Part shown: piece by piece, positions 1-17,733 of the stretch
Layout: the number at the start of each line of letters is the position of its first letter
Position numbering within the stretch: the stretch's first letter is position 1
DNA from: the human T2T-CHM13v2.0 reference genome, Homo sapiens
Reading direction: 5' to 3' (one strand)
Assembly: GCF_009914755.1 (NCBI RefSeq)
Contig: NC_060945.1
Length of the DNA stretch: 64,000 nt
Translations under genes and position numbers: made by a program
Notes under the pieces: model-generated
What the model was told of the DNA's origin: nothing
Seen by the model: only the letters and a program-made list of their open reading frames with translations
The model's database searches: none

Positions 1-731
1 CAGCTTGAAAGCGTGCAGCAGTAGTGGGTGACCCGTGAACACAGAGCGTGGTGCTAAGAGATAAAGGAACAGTGGATGTTGTAACCGCCTTCGGGGAGCC
101 TCGCCAGCTCTGTTTAGGGATGATAGAATGAAGTTTGGATTCTTAGCGATTCCCTTGTCTACCTGGAGCAGAACACGGGTAGGCAGGTTATGATTGCATA
201 ACCTTCCAAATCAGTAAAAACCTGCAGGAAAGAAATGGGTACATGGTTTTTGCTTTGATCATGAGGAGGTCATACTGATCACGAAAATAATGAACATTTG
301 TGGATCTCGTACCATCTGCTGGGCCATGTCTTGGATGCTTTGCTGCATGAGACAACTTACTCTTCATAGTAGCCTTTTGTGGTAGGTACTGTTGTCCTGA
401 TTTTGCAGATTAAGATGACCAGAATCTTGGTTTGCCCAGGACTCTCTTAAGTTTAATGTAGGAAGTCTTGGATTTGAGGAAGCCCCTCAGATAATGCCAA
501 AACCACATTCACCCAGGAAAATATTTCATCAGAGTGTTTGGAGTCCAAACTGCAGGTTTCCGAATAACAGTATTAATAAGCAGCCAATCAGGTCATGAAT
601 GAGTGAAGAAGTAAAGCCCAAAGCCCTGGGCGTTACTGGGATGCTTTTGTTGGTAATAATAATGTCCCTGTGTGCTCCCAGGGACTGAGAGGTGCTTTTC
701 TCACATATGTAGTACAGATCTACCATCTTTA

Positions 732-1110
<379 letters not shown>

Positions 1111-2555
1111 GGGGGTTGTATGTGCACACACAAATGTATGTGTGTATATATATATAAATGCATATACACAGATGTATATGTGTATTATATATAACATTAA
1201 ATATAAATTATATAATACTATGCTAAATACATACACGTTTTTGTTAGCAGACTTCCTCAATGAAGGAAGCAGTGGGGACTGGTAGCTCTCTGAGTAGCTC
1301 TGGTTCGCATCAGTCTAACTCTAGTAGTACTTCTCTTTTGCGCTGGGGGCTGAAAAATCTACTGGAGGGGAGAGAGGTTTTTGAATCACATCGTGAAGCT
1401 GGAAGTGCATTCTTACGTCACACAGTGAACAGTCCCTTCCAGTCTCCTCGTTAAACCATCCTCCTACGAGAATGAACACAGATTACTTATTAAAAACAAA
1501 ACAAAATACCCAGTGCTTTTGCCTTATTATGCTGACGATTTGGAGGCAGACCAGCTTTCCCAAGCCATTGCTTAGTCCCCGGTTGGGCTGAGAAAGGACA
1601 TGAGAGGCAAATGGAATGAGGAAGTGCCTCAGGTGAAAAGGAAGCTTAGGGAAAGTTAGCTGTGGAGTCTGAGATCAGAATATTTTAACATTTTATCTGA
1701 GCCCTACTTTAGTGAAACCAAATGGATAAAGATAAGTGTTATCACTTATATAATCTGGTTTTTAGTTGGAATTACTGCTGCTCTGATGTAGCTTTCTCAG
1801 TGCATTCTTGTTTCCAGGTTAAAAATTTAATTAGAGAAACTAGTCGATGACTCAGTTCTCAGTTGAACATTTACATTTAATAATACTAATAAAGAAAACT
1901 TGTTTTGAAAACACATCTCCAGGTTTTCATAGTGTCATTCCCATAGGGTGACATTTTATTCTATTAAAAGCTAACATTTGTGAGAAGTAGTTGCAATTTC
2001 AAGGCCAATTTGACATAATAAAACTTGAATTTCTCTCTGGAGGGAAGGTGCTGGATGGCTATTTTACTCCCACCTAATTTATTACTCTGAGATGCTTTTT
2101 CCAAGATCAAGAATGAGCTTTTTATCATAAAGGCCATTAAAGCAGCTGAGAAAGTACCTGAGAATGTGCGGGGTAACAGATAGTTTCTTTCCAGTGTTCA
2201 GACTTAGAATTATGTCCTCCAGATTTCAAAGGGACATATTACTCAACAGTGCATTTATTTTTAAAAAGTCTAATATAAATCAGTGTTTTTTCTATGATCA
2301 ACTATAAATATTTTAAAAATAATATATTTTTAAGTATTTTTGACCAAGCATTAAGAATTTTAAAATTCTTTAAATCAGTTAAGTCACAGGTATATTCCAG
2401 AATAGTTGAGATTTTTAACAGATCAAAAGAAGTCTTGGGCTCATATTTGATAGTTGCCATCTAAATCATGGCCACTTATACATACTTTTTTATTGTCAAC
2501 TTTGCCACTTGTTACTATACTAATCACATTGCATTATCCATTCTCTCTGTTTTAG

Positions 2556-2876
<321 letters not shown>

Positions 2877-3291
2877 TGATTTTTGGTGATGCATAGCATT
2901 CCATTATTTGGAGTTGCTGTAATTTTTAAATCCAGTTCCCAATTGTTGGACATTGAGGTTGTTACAAAATTTTCCCTGGATACATGATACTGCTGTTGCT
3001 ATCCTTGTATGTTCATCTCTGAGTCATTCCTTAACATAAATACTTGGAAGGCTTTTGACATATTGCCACATTGCACTTCAGAAAGGTTGTACCAAGTGAC
3101 ACAACAGATATGAAAGTGACTTTTTAACTGAGCATTTTGATAATTAGGCTAATCATAATTTGTGTACTTGATTGAAAATGTGTTTCTTCTTTTATGAACT
3201 GTTACTAGTAATTTTCCCCTATCTTTCTCCTGTTTATCTTATTGGTTTATAGAAACTCTTTTCAGATTACAGATATTAGCTTTTTAATCTT

Positions 3292-3986
<695 letters not shown>

Positions 3987-4474
3987 CTTTGTTATGTTGC
4001 GAATATTGTCTCCCAGGTGATCATTTGCCTTTTGATTCATCTTATGGTGCTTTTATTTTAGGAAGGGGGCAAAGGCACATGGAAATTTTGTGTTTTGTCT
4101 AACCAATCCAGTAGTCTTTTATCTTTAGTTTTCTCTTATTGCTTTTATGCATAAGTAAACTAGAGGGCTTGTTGTTGGTTTTGTCTTATAAATGATCAGT
4201 GGGTCCAGTGTTTCATAGTTGTCTGCAGAAAAATCTTTGCATTGGGTAGGGATATTTGACTATATATTCTAATCCGTTACATAATGATTTAACCTGTTGG
4301 TGTTATGTACTAAAGCACAGGCTGTGGGGGCTGACAGCTTGGGACTCCTATCTGCTTTCTGCTACTTGGTATCTGTGTGATCTTGGGCACAGTGTTCAAA
4401 AACTCTAAACTTCAGCTTCTGTATCTGCAAAATGGTGACAAAGATACCTCATGGTATTCAATGAGAATTTGGTT

Positions 4475-4486
4475 AAAAAAAAAAAA

Positions 4487-4526
<40 letters not shown>

Positions 4527-4547
4527 TGTGTGTGTGTGTGTGTGTGT
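4475..4547 (+). repeat. Compound microsatellite (A)n(TA)n(GA)n(GT)n within a MIR remnant
   Basis: Read directly. Flanks have MIR-like text (ctgtgtgatcttgggca...ctgcaaaatgg). Confidence 0.93.
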
Positions 4548-4585
4548 ACAGCACGTAGCCTGAAAATACAGTCATTATTGTGTTA

Positions 4586-4943
<358 letters not shown>

Positions 4944-5323
4944 TCATTTAGACTTTCATAGTTATATTTCCGCCTTAAAAGTATGTATTATTTATGGTCT
5001 TTTAGATAGTAAGAAACAGATACCCACTCAGTTTATCATAGATAACGGCATTTTATTTTAAGGATAAAGGGAGGTGAGGAAAAAGATGATGGGGACGCCT
5101 CTTCCGTCAACACCTCCCTGAGGACCGCGATGCCTCTCTGGATGTCTGCATTCCTGGGATTCCACTTTCCTCTTGCCCACCTCTGCCGCAGACCTCCCTT
5201 TCTTGGCAGCTTCTGTGGTTCCTTGGGCGCATCCTGCCATTCACCCTGCCCCCTGCCTCAAGGCTTCTCACTATTCCTGGCTTCTCTGCCTCCTCCTGTG
5301 TTTCACTTTTTGCTCTTTCTGGA

Positions 5324-5846
5324 TGTAGGGGAGGGAAAAATGTCTTCCCTCCACCCGTCTACTTATTTGGTTGGGCTACAAATTAAATCGACATAAGACA
5401 GAGTAGCAGGAGGAAAACCACATTTAAGGACATCGTATGCATGGGAGTCCCACAGAATATGAGACTCCAAGAAGGGCCAGGTCATGGAAGCTTCTACAGC
5501 AACCCGAGCTACAGAAAAGAATAGGGGCTTGGGGCTTTGGGGGTGGTGGCAATCCGTTCTGGGAGGATGAGGGGAAGGAATGTACGGTGGTGAATAAAGC
5601 TTGTCTTGTTATGCAGATAAAAGTCTTCCAGGTAATAAAAAGTTACCTGGAGCAACTCTTTTCCCGATACATGAATTTTCTTTATAGATATTATTTGCAA
5701 AAGGACAGCTTTTCGGAGCTGCTTCTTTGTTTGCAGTTTCTCAGGATAAGCAGCTCAAACTATGCCAAAGAACTCTAATTGGAGTGTCATGTTCTGGTCT
5801 CCTATAGTCATGTTTCGGGGTGGTTGGTGTGTCTTGAGCCCCAACA
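5324..5846 (-). mobile_element. ERV1-class solo LTR (MER34/MER4-group-like)
   Basis: TG...CA termini, and cagctcaaactatgccaaag...ggggtgg text resembling MER34-group LTRs. Confidence 0.55.
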
Positions 5847-8162
5847 TGGGTATTACTGGGTTGTCTTGTATTTCTGGGATTGATGACATCGTGGTAGAAG
5901 TGTGATACTGGAATCCTTACTGGCCTCACCTCCTTGTCACCTTTTTGCCACTGAGCGTCCTTTAACAGCAGAGAATCCTTTTCACAGTGGAATAAAGAAT
6001 GCTATTTATAGATGATTCTACACGAGTTACCAGATTAGTATGGTTTGAGAAAGTTTGTGGGACAATTAATTCTCCATGTTTTTGATCAGGTAGGCAACAC
6101 CTGCCTCAACACTCAGGAAAACATGTTACTGCCTTTAAGGGTTATACTTTCTCCCATGTTTGTAGTTGTAGGGATAGCTTAATGCATTTTTTTCACTGAC
6201 CCTTTGCTAGAAGTTCTGTCATTTCCAATGTGCATCGAAGGCCTCTTTAGCTTCCGGGACTGGGTTGAGAATTTTGTCTTGGATTCTTATTGCCAAAATC
6301 TCTGGGTTTCCAATTCCTGTGGTTTCTCCCTTCTTCCCCGAGGCTGCGTTATTCTTGTACCTTTTCAACTGCTTTTGGCTGCCAGTTGTCCTCTGGTGTG
6401 AGAATAGAGTATTGATTGCTTCCTGTTGCCTGTGGGACAGGAATGCTTCTTGAATTAGAGCTAATTTTGGAGTTTAAAGTATTAAATGTCAAATTTGAAA
6501 GAAAGCACATCTAAGACCTCTTTGTTGTGGAAGCGAAGGTCATCCCAGGGCCTAGGGGAAGGGAAAGGAAGAAAGAAAAGAGAAAGGAGAAAATAGCTGA
6601 TGACTTCTCCCTCTTCCAGATCATTCCCTCTACACTCATGGAATGCTCTTTCCATTTTCATAAAATCCATTTTTAGACTCAGAATTCTGCATCTCAAGCC
6701 ATTTGCCAGGTGTACTGTGATGTCAGAATACTCACTGCTGGGGAAATTTCCCAGTTGTAACTAGCTTAAAAAATAAAACAAACGTTACCTTTACTTGGAG
6801 ATGATCATTTGTTTTGTCATTCAAACACTTAATGGTGGCCCTTTTTATGCAGAGCTGCTGGTAACCTGTATGGGCTTTTGTACACATTGGAAAAGCTGTG
6901 CCTTGCCAGACCAATTAGAAAAAGACATCCCCTCTGGGTGAACCAATTAAAAAAAAGCACTTCCTCAAGTGGGCCAATTAGAAAAGGCGTCCCCTCTGGG
7001 CAGCCCAGTTGGACAAAGGCTTCCTGTTTGAATGGATGCAGCTGCAAGGTGCATGGTTTAGCAAGCAGACAGCATTGCGGGAGGAAATATACCCTTTGCT
7101 CTAGGGCACAGAGTTGGCAAGCCAAGTGGGGTCTGGATTTCTTCCCCCAAATGGCCCCCTCCATTGGGTGCTTTTGTCTGAGGCACCAAATGCACCGCGA
7201 ACAGGCTCAACAATCTGATCTGCACCCAGTAGTTAGAGCTAAGCTGTGAATCACAAACACGGAACTCATGTTATTACAGTGGAAAAGGCCATGTTTCTTC
7301 CAACAGTGACTGATTAAGTGTCCCAGGATTTTAGCGAATCTCAGGTAAAAATCTGCAGAATCAGTCCTGGTCTCTTTCTTTGGCAAAGTCTGCTTCGTTG
7401 CTTGTTCTGTAAGAGAAAGAGAAGCAAGGTGAAGAATTTGGATGATAAATAAATTCAGTGTGTTTATGTCACTCAAGGCCCAGGAGACACAAGACATGCT
7501 CTGGCATATGTAACAATTAGGGTCTTGGGGGAATGCCCTTCACGAGACCTGTGAACTTTGTGTCTCCTGAGTCATCATTCAACCTGCTTCAGGGGCCCAG
7601 GGCTCTCAGACTTCCTGTGTGTTAAGAGCTGAAGCAGCTGTTGAACTAGGGTCTCAGAGACTCCAGTCTGCAAATTCGAAGAGAAAAATTCTCCCCAGTG
7701 TTGATTACTTATCAGCCCGGTTCCTTTCTTGGATGGGGAAATGGTGTGACAATTTAATAACGGGCCTGTGACAATTACATGCAAGTGGAGAGAATGAAAA
7801 ACCAGCCTTGGAACAGAGATTTTTCTTTTCTGGGAATGGTACGTGGTGGTTTTGGCTTTCTCTATGTGTAATGGGAGAGGCCCATCCATCTCTGTGTGAC
7901 AGAGGAAAATTTCAGCATTAGGAGAGTAACTTCTGATTTATCACAAACAGCTGGGTGGGCCATGCCTCACTGGTGCCCAGGCTTAAGCAGCCTTTGAAAT
8001 AGAGTTGCTCAGTGTGGCTTCTGCATCTGAAAGGGCCAGTGAGCTGCTGTGTGTTTCACAGTGGTTGCTGAGCTCTTGTCATCCTGATCACCCCTGGTAG
8101 AGGGTCAGTGTGAAGGAGGGCATTACCTTGAACCTGACAAGTCTTGTATCTGTCAAGGTGTT

Positions 8163-8560
8163 TGCTATGGGCTGAATTATGACCCCCAACCACAAATTCA
8201 TATGTGGAAGTCCTAACCCCCAGTATCTCAGAAGGTGACTGCATTTGGAGATAGGATCATAAAGAGGTAACTAAGGCGAAATGAGGTTATCTGGATAGGC
8301 CTTAATCCAATGTAGCTGGTACGCCTAGAGGAAGAGGAAATTTGGACACAGATGTGCGCACACACAGAGAGAGACTGCACGAAGGCACAGTGAGAAGGTG
8401 GCCATTCACACGCCAAGGAGAAGGGCCTCAGGAGGAAGCAACCCTGCTGACACTTTGATCTCAGACTTTGGGCCTCCAGAACTGTGAGAAAATACAGTTC
8501 TGTTGTTGGAGCTGCCCAGTCTATAATCCTTTGTTTTGGCAGCCCGGGCCAACTAATACA
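8163..8560 (+). mobile_element. MaLR LTR (MLT1B-like)
   Basis: tgctatgggctgaatt...aactaataca termini and typical MLT1 internal motifs. Confidence 0.85.
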
Positions 8561-9219
8561 CTCTTCATACACCTCCATTTGCTGAGTGTCCCAGAAGCTA
8601 AGGTCAGCTTCAGGAATCATGCCGGGAAACTTCACCTGATTCACGAGACCACTTTCTAATGGGATCCTCCTCTTCAGTAACTTTTTCCTCTGGGAAGGAA
8701 CCTGGGGTTTCTCTCTCTTACTTCTTGCCTCACTAAACTCTGTTCTGTAACAAATCACATTCTGTGCAGATACCACGATACCTGGAAACAATCTCCTCCT
8801 TGAGTAAGGAAATCAATAATATTCACTGGATTCCTGACTTGTATGGTGTTGTGTGCTGTCTCATTCCATGTTGGGTCAAGAAAAAAACAAACAAACAAAC
8901 AAAAACAAGAAAATGTTGTCCCTCTAGTGGTTTCTTGGTTTCCCTGGCATATTTCTACAAAACACCGTCAAAAGAAGAAGGTGTTTGAGGTTGCTATTAG
9001 AATTTCTTCATGGACACATATAAATGTATGAAATTATTAGGATGGTCCATAAAGCTCTTTATATTGTTTGTAGGATATTGACACATGACTTGTGATTACT
9101 TTGCGTATGATTTGTGTGAACCCAAAAGATTATTCTCTGTAGCTCTTAAAATGTTCACTCTTTAGGAACACTCTTAAAGTGATCAACTAAAAAATGTTGT
9201 TGCTAGTAGCATGATGTCA

Positions 9220-9977
9220 TGTGGATTAGTTGCCTATGGCTACCATAACAAAGTACTATAAACTGTGTGGCTTAGGGCCAGGCGCGGTGGCTCACACCTG
9301 TAATCCCAGCACTTTGGGAGGCCAAGGCAGGTGGATTGCTTGAGCTCAGGGGTTTGAGACAAGCCTGGGCAACATGGGGAGACCCTGTGTCTACAAAAAT
9401 ACAAAAATTACCCAGAAGTGGTGGCGAAGGCCTGTAGACCCAGCTACTTTTGGGAGGCTGAAGTGGGAGGATCGCTTGAGCCTAGGAGGTGGAGGCTGCG
9501 GTGAGCCGAGATCACACCACTCACTCCAGCTGGGTTGACAGAGCAAGACCCTGTCTCAAAGAAACCAAAACAAAAAAATTAGCAACAACAACAAAAAACT
9601 GTGTGGCTTCAACAATGGAAATTTATTGTCTCATTCTGGAGGCCAGAAGTCTAAGATCAAGGTGAGTTGGTTCCCTCCGAGGGCTGCAAGGAAAGGCTCT
9701 TTCCAGGCCTGTCTTCCAGCCTCTGATAGCCCCAGGCATTCCTGGCTTGAAGGGCATCCTCCCTCTGTCTTCACATCATCTTCCCTCTGTGCATGTCTGC
9801 CTCTTGTTCAAATTTTCCATTTAATAAAGACACAATCATGTTGGATTAGGGCCCACCATAATGACCTCATCTTAACTGGATCATCTGCAAAGACTCTATT
9901 TCCAAATAAGGCCACATTCACAGATGCTGGGAGTTAGGACTCCAGCATCTTTTGCGGGGACAGAATTGACTCATGAC
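9220..9977 (-). mobile_element. MaLR LTR (MLT1) interrupted by AluJ 9276-9598 (+)
   Basis: MLT1 reverse motifs (ccataacaaagtac, ttctggaggccagaagtc). The Alu is flanked by TSD aaactgtgtggctt. Confidence 0.85.
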
Positions 9978-10574
9978 ACCATGTTATTGTTTTTCTTATC
10001 CCATCTCATTAGCCGCAAAAAGGTCTTTGGACCCTGGAAGCAAAGAGCAAGAGACAGGCAAAGGCCAAGAGGACAGTGAAGGAGGTGGGGTGGTCAGGGC
10101 TAAAAGGTAGACTGCCCTGGGCATTGATGTTTCTTGGGCTTTGGGTGGAGGGTGCTGCCTGGACCTTCTAGGTAGCTTCATTGCCTCTGTTCCACCATGT
10201 TCTATCTTTCCGAGATGCTCACCTCCTCCCCTGCCCTGGGATGCTCATCATTGTTAAGTGCACTTGGGCTTATGGTTCATTGGCAGTTCTCTTGGAGAGA
10301 GAAAGAGGGAGGCTACGTGGAGTAGGGATGCATTGCAGAGATACGACAGTTATGCTGACATTCTGTTAAGGAAGACCTTAGACTCTGAAAACAGACTTGA
10401 GGTGCAAGACCCCCCGCTGGTCTGGCTTCCAGGAGAAGGCCGAGAGGTGAGTCACACAGGGCAGTATTTCTCAGTCTTATTTTTTAATCCATATACTCTG
10501 TAGTGAAACCCCACCTGGCAAAACCATTTTATGTTTTGTGATTACCATTAGGACAAGCTTTATACTTTGTGGGT

Positions 10575-10890
<316 letters not shown>

Positions 10891-11486
10891 TAGGGCAAAA
10901 ATAGGTGGACTGAATGTGCCTTTTTCAGCTCACTTTTCTTCTCGACCCTGGAGGACTCTCCCGTCTTTTGGTCACCCCTATGGAGAGGCCCTGCATTGAG
11001 CTTTGTTGTGGAGTGGGGTGGAACAGGGCAGGAGTGGGGTCCAAGCTTCTGGAAGTGTAAGGAGAGAGGATGATTAATGTCAGGCCAGCTCTGCTTGGAA
11101 TGAGTTTGAGAAGTTTGAGAGAAAGGGCAGTGTCTACTGATGCTAGAAGACTGATATGAAAGCAAAGCTTTTAATATCCACAAAGCATCCGATCAATATG
11201 CCTAAATAGTTTGTTAGGCTCCTCTTAAGAAATACCATCTGTGAGCTTATTCTCTTTTATGGTTTAACGTTACAAACACTTGTAATGTATGTTATCGTGG
11301 AAACTGAATGATGATAAGCTGCTCTTAAGTTCCCACCCTCTTCCCTTGTTCTCGGTAGGTTTATGAGTATAAAAGGGGAAAAACTCATTCTGCACTTGGT
11401 GCCATGGAGGAAATGATTTAACAAGTCGAGGCTGGCAACGACTTCCTGCTGCACTGATTTTACTTAGATCTTCCCTTTTAACGTTC

Positions 11487-12398
<912 letters not shown>

Positions 12399-12755
12399 TG
12401 ATTTTTATCTCCTACTGAGTCCCTTTGACACAGTCTAGTTTAATCCTCGTTCATTCTCCCCATCCCCTGTTCCTCGCAGCATAATCCATCCTAATTGCCT
12501 AGAAATGAACTCTAATGAGTCCACAAACTCTCCAGGCCCACCCTCCTAGCTCCTTCCAGCCCCACTGAAATGCCACGTTAGTTCTTCCTGGAGCCTGCCC
12601 TCCTCTGCCCAGCTGGAGGTAGTTTCTCCCCGCTCTTTGTTCTGTCTCCATGTCACCTCTCTTACTCCATGCAACATCTTGAGCACAAGCAAGCGTGTGG
12701 TAGCTGCCTCCCAGGTTGCAGGATTATTTAGGCTAGAACCAGGTCTTAGTTACTG

Positions 12756-12758
<3 letters not shown>

Positions 12759-12796
<38 letters not shown>
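12759..12796 (+). repeat. (CA)19 microsatellite
   Basis: Read directly. Confidence 0.97.
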
Positions 12797-12800
<4 letters not shown>

Positions 12801-13145
12801 CTACTGTGCTCGTCATGATTTTTCACGAATAGTGGGTACTTTGACAGACTCGGTAGAATGCAGGTCTCCATGTGGAAGCTCTGGCTACAATTCTGAGGTT
12901 TTGTCATGGTCCAAAGGTCTCCTCTTCGAGTCTGGCTCTCTTAACAACAGCACTCTACTACAGAGCCCTGCGCGTGCAGTGATACCTGAGTTAATCAGTA
13001 CTCTGGAAGTAAGCCTTTATCCAGAGTCAGCCTTGGGTTTATCGTGTTTATTGTTTAACTTTCTGATGGACTGGACACGGAGTGGTTGGGAAGAATTTCC
13101 CAGGGTAGTTTCAGTATGGATCAGATGCCTGTAGCCCTTGAGTAC

Positions 13146-13551
13146 TGCATTCGTTTCCTGGGGCTGCCATGACAAAGTGTCCACAGACCTTAGAACAACG
13201 GAAACTGTCTCACGGTAACCCAGAAGGAGCTGGAAGTTCAAAATCAAGTTGCACCCTCTGAGGGCTTTGGGGAAGGGTCTCTTCCAGGCCCCTCTCCCAG
13301 CTTCTGGCACTTCCGTGGCTACTGGCAGCATGACTCCAGCCTTCCCATGGCATTCTCTGTGTGTCTCTGTGTCCAAATTTCTCCTTTTTATAAGGACGCC
13401 AGTCATATTGGATTAGGGTACACACAAATAATGTCGTCTTAATTAATTACATCTGCAATGACCTGATTTCCAAACAAGGTCACCTTCTGAGCTGCTGGGG
13501 GTTAGGACTTCAGCATGAAATTTGTTGGGGGACACATAACAAACACATAAC
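13146..13551 (-). mobile_element. MaLR LTR (MLT1B-like)
   Basis: Typical MLT1 reverse-strand motifs. Confidence 0.85.
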
Positions 13552-14233
13552 AGGTTCTCAGCTTGAGTTCTTCTGTAGAGTCTGGGGTGTGTCTGCTGGG
13601 TGACTTGGTTGGTCACTGAGGTTTGCAGAGGGTAGAGATACACCCTCAGTGGTGAGTAGAAGGGTGTGACCATCTTCACCTGTACTGTCCCCCTCTAGGC
13701 CCTGGGAAAGCAACTCCCGGTTTGTACACCTGGCTTTTAATGCATTGCCAGGAGTTCTCTGATGTGGAGGCCTTGGCTTGGTGGCAGGAATGATGAGCTT
13801 GGGCTGAGCAGGCAGCCTGTGTCACCTCTGCTTGACAGGCCACAGAGATTGGCAGGCCGCCTCAGAGGGAGCTTTGAAGTCTCAAAGTTAAGGACCCAGG
13901 GCCAGTCACATCTGTATTTAGCTAATGTTTAAACTTGTAGCTCACCTGTTCTGTTTCTCACCTATACTGTTTCTCCCTCTGCAAACTAAACTATGATGCT
14001 CAGGTGTAGTAAGGCTACTTCTGTATGCCAAGAGAGCATAGGTTGTCTTGCGAGGATGTCCATGGTGTAGAGATATGGGAATTATGCTTTTAAAGTGACA
14101 AATTTGGAGAGTAAGATGTTTTTGTTTTTCTTTGGTCACATTGAACTACTACCTGATTTAGGTGTTCACAATGATCAAATAACCCACTGGGTTATTTGAG
14201 GCCCAGCTCAGGCCTCAACCAGGTCATACCACC

Positions 14234-14246
14234 CCTCTAGATGGCA
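14234..14246 (+). promoter_or_regulatory. Candidate CTCF core motif CCTCTAGATGGCA
   Basis: Fits the CCnSYAGRKGGCR core. Motif match only, with no binding evidence. Confidence 0.3.
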
Positions 14247-14332
14247 AGGGGCTACTTAGCTGTCGGTTGAGAGTCACATCCATGCCTGACCATGTCCCAG
14301 CTGGACAGACTGTGGGCAAGTTTCCCCTCTGT

Positions 14333-14985
<653 letters not shown>

Positions 14986-17018
14986 GTTTTCACACCATGA
15001 AATTTACAGAGAAATGGCGATTGTCCAAAGAGCTCATCAATTGCATGCTTATTGACAGCTAAACTAGTTAATTTAGGCCACTAAATGGATCTCCCAGCCA
15101 TTGGAATATTTACTAAGCTTAAGTTAATCAGACAGTTGCCTACATTTATTTATTGATTTTCTAGACCATGGAGATCCGCCCTGTGTGCTGCTTAATTATA
15201 AGCTCTCACACTATTAATCTTTTCTTTATGTAATGATAAAATGTGTTTAATATAATGAGATTAACACTACTGATCCACTTTTGAAAATGTGATCATGATC
15301 AAAGTGTCTAATTTTACTTTTTTTTTCTCGGTGCGGGAGAGAGGTGGAATTTGCAACCAATAAATCTTGATTCGATGAAAGCCACATTAAACTCTTTCTA
15401 ACATGATTTTAACATAACAAAGCTCCATTAATGTTGATGAAAGCAATGGATAACTTATGCTTGACCCAAATTCAGAGCATGGGGCCCAGTGGGATAGAAA
15501 ATCATAAACTGAGAATAATAACTCCAATCACAGCTACCCCTCCACCACAAATCAAAAAAGATATCTCAGAATTTAAAATGTATTTTCATAATGATTAGTT
15601 CTTGTAAGTGGAAAACATCCCTTTGAAGTCGATGATATTCTGCTCTCTAGAAATAATTCTTTTATTGAACTTGACTATATAAATATTCATGGTGCTGCGT
15701 GTGTATATTTCATATTGTTTCATTAGTTACTTTTTAGTCATTGGAATAGTAAAAAATGTTCGCTAGGTACTAAAAATACTGTGGAGTTGAAAATAATTTT
15801 CATTCTTGGCCACACAGATTAATTTACTCTTGCCAAAAAAAAAATTACCTTTACAGCTAGGCGGATGACTAAATGATGAATAAGAAGTCTATATTTTAAA
15901 AGAATTTTGAAAGTTAGTGTCCTGGATAGAATAGAAATGTTTGTGTTTCAGTCTTGGAATTGTCTGTGTGACTCTAGGCAAGTCCCCAAACCTCTATTAA
16001 ATAAAATTTACCCCTCCGTTAACGGAAACAAAAGTAAAACCCCCAATTGTTCCTTCAGTGATCACAGTTTCAAAAGGACTGTGCTATTTCTGCATGTTCA
16101 CAAGATGAGACCCAGAAGATTTTGGAGAAAGTAAGAGGAATGTTTTAAGTTAGTTTTTCTAAAACGTCCTCAGGTTGTATCTAATGGGATCAACAGTATT
16201 GGTTGAAAGTCATTAGTTTCTTCTTTTTGTTTTCTGATAGCTGATTTAGATGATGTTACTCTTCAGTCGTGATGCTGTTTAAGAAAACTAAACAAAATCA
16301 ACTAAAGAAATAGCCCACTTGCTGGTAGCTGTGAATTTCTCATCCAGTAGTTACAGTTACTGCAAGAGTTTAAGTACCTCTTCATGGAGGTATTTTGAGT
16401 TCCCCTTTTCCTGTAAGCTAAGCAATTAGTCTCGGTTCTCCATCTAGTATACAAATCATGGCTATTCACCACAAAAGATTGGCCTTTTATGTTCAAATAT
16501 TGAAATCCCAGGAGATTTTGACATGTATTTTGCTTCAGGAAATCTTTTTGGGTCTACTCTTCGGGCCCCTTCTGTCTCTGTTTACATGTTGCTAAACTTT
16601 AAATGGTTGAACAAATGGTAAAGAGTAGAAACTACATTTATCTGATGTTTCCTAAACTTTATGCCTCACTGAAAGCAGCTGAGAAAATGAAAATCCAAGG
16701 TGACTAATGCAAATAAAAAGATGGTGACCTCTTTTTGCAAAGATAAGCAAGAAGTAGAGATGTCTCCAAAGATGCCAGCGATAGGCTTATTTGCAGAAAA
16801 GTTAATAGCTTAAAATCGTATTTAGAAAGTCATAAGCTGGGAAAACATGTGACAGAGAGAAAAGGAACTCAAAGTATCAGGTTTGCTTGGAGATGTCTTG
16901 GGATTGTTGGCGTTTCCTTGAGTCATGTTGCTTCCTCTCCGGAGTTTCCGTGGGTCTTCCGTGTTTTAGATCTATTTCTTTTTTCCTTAGTTCTAGAATT
17001 CGTGATAAATTTTACTGG

Positions 17019-17733
<715 letters not shown>

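Noticed and set aside
2353-2370. Perfect 18-bp palindrome AAGAATTTTAAAATTCTT
   Set aside because: It is very AT-rich; one such palindrome is plausible by chance in 64 kb.
8300-8312. DUX4-like motif in MLT1 LTR (TAATCCAATGT)
   Set aside because: It does not match the full TAAYYYAATCA consensus, and neither do the equivalent positions I checked in other MLT1 copies.
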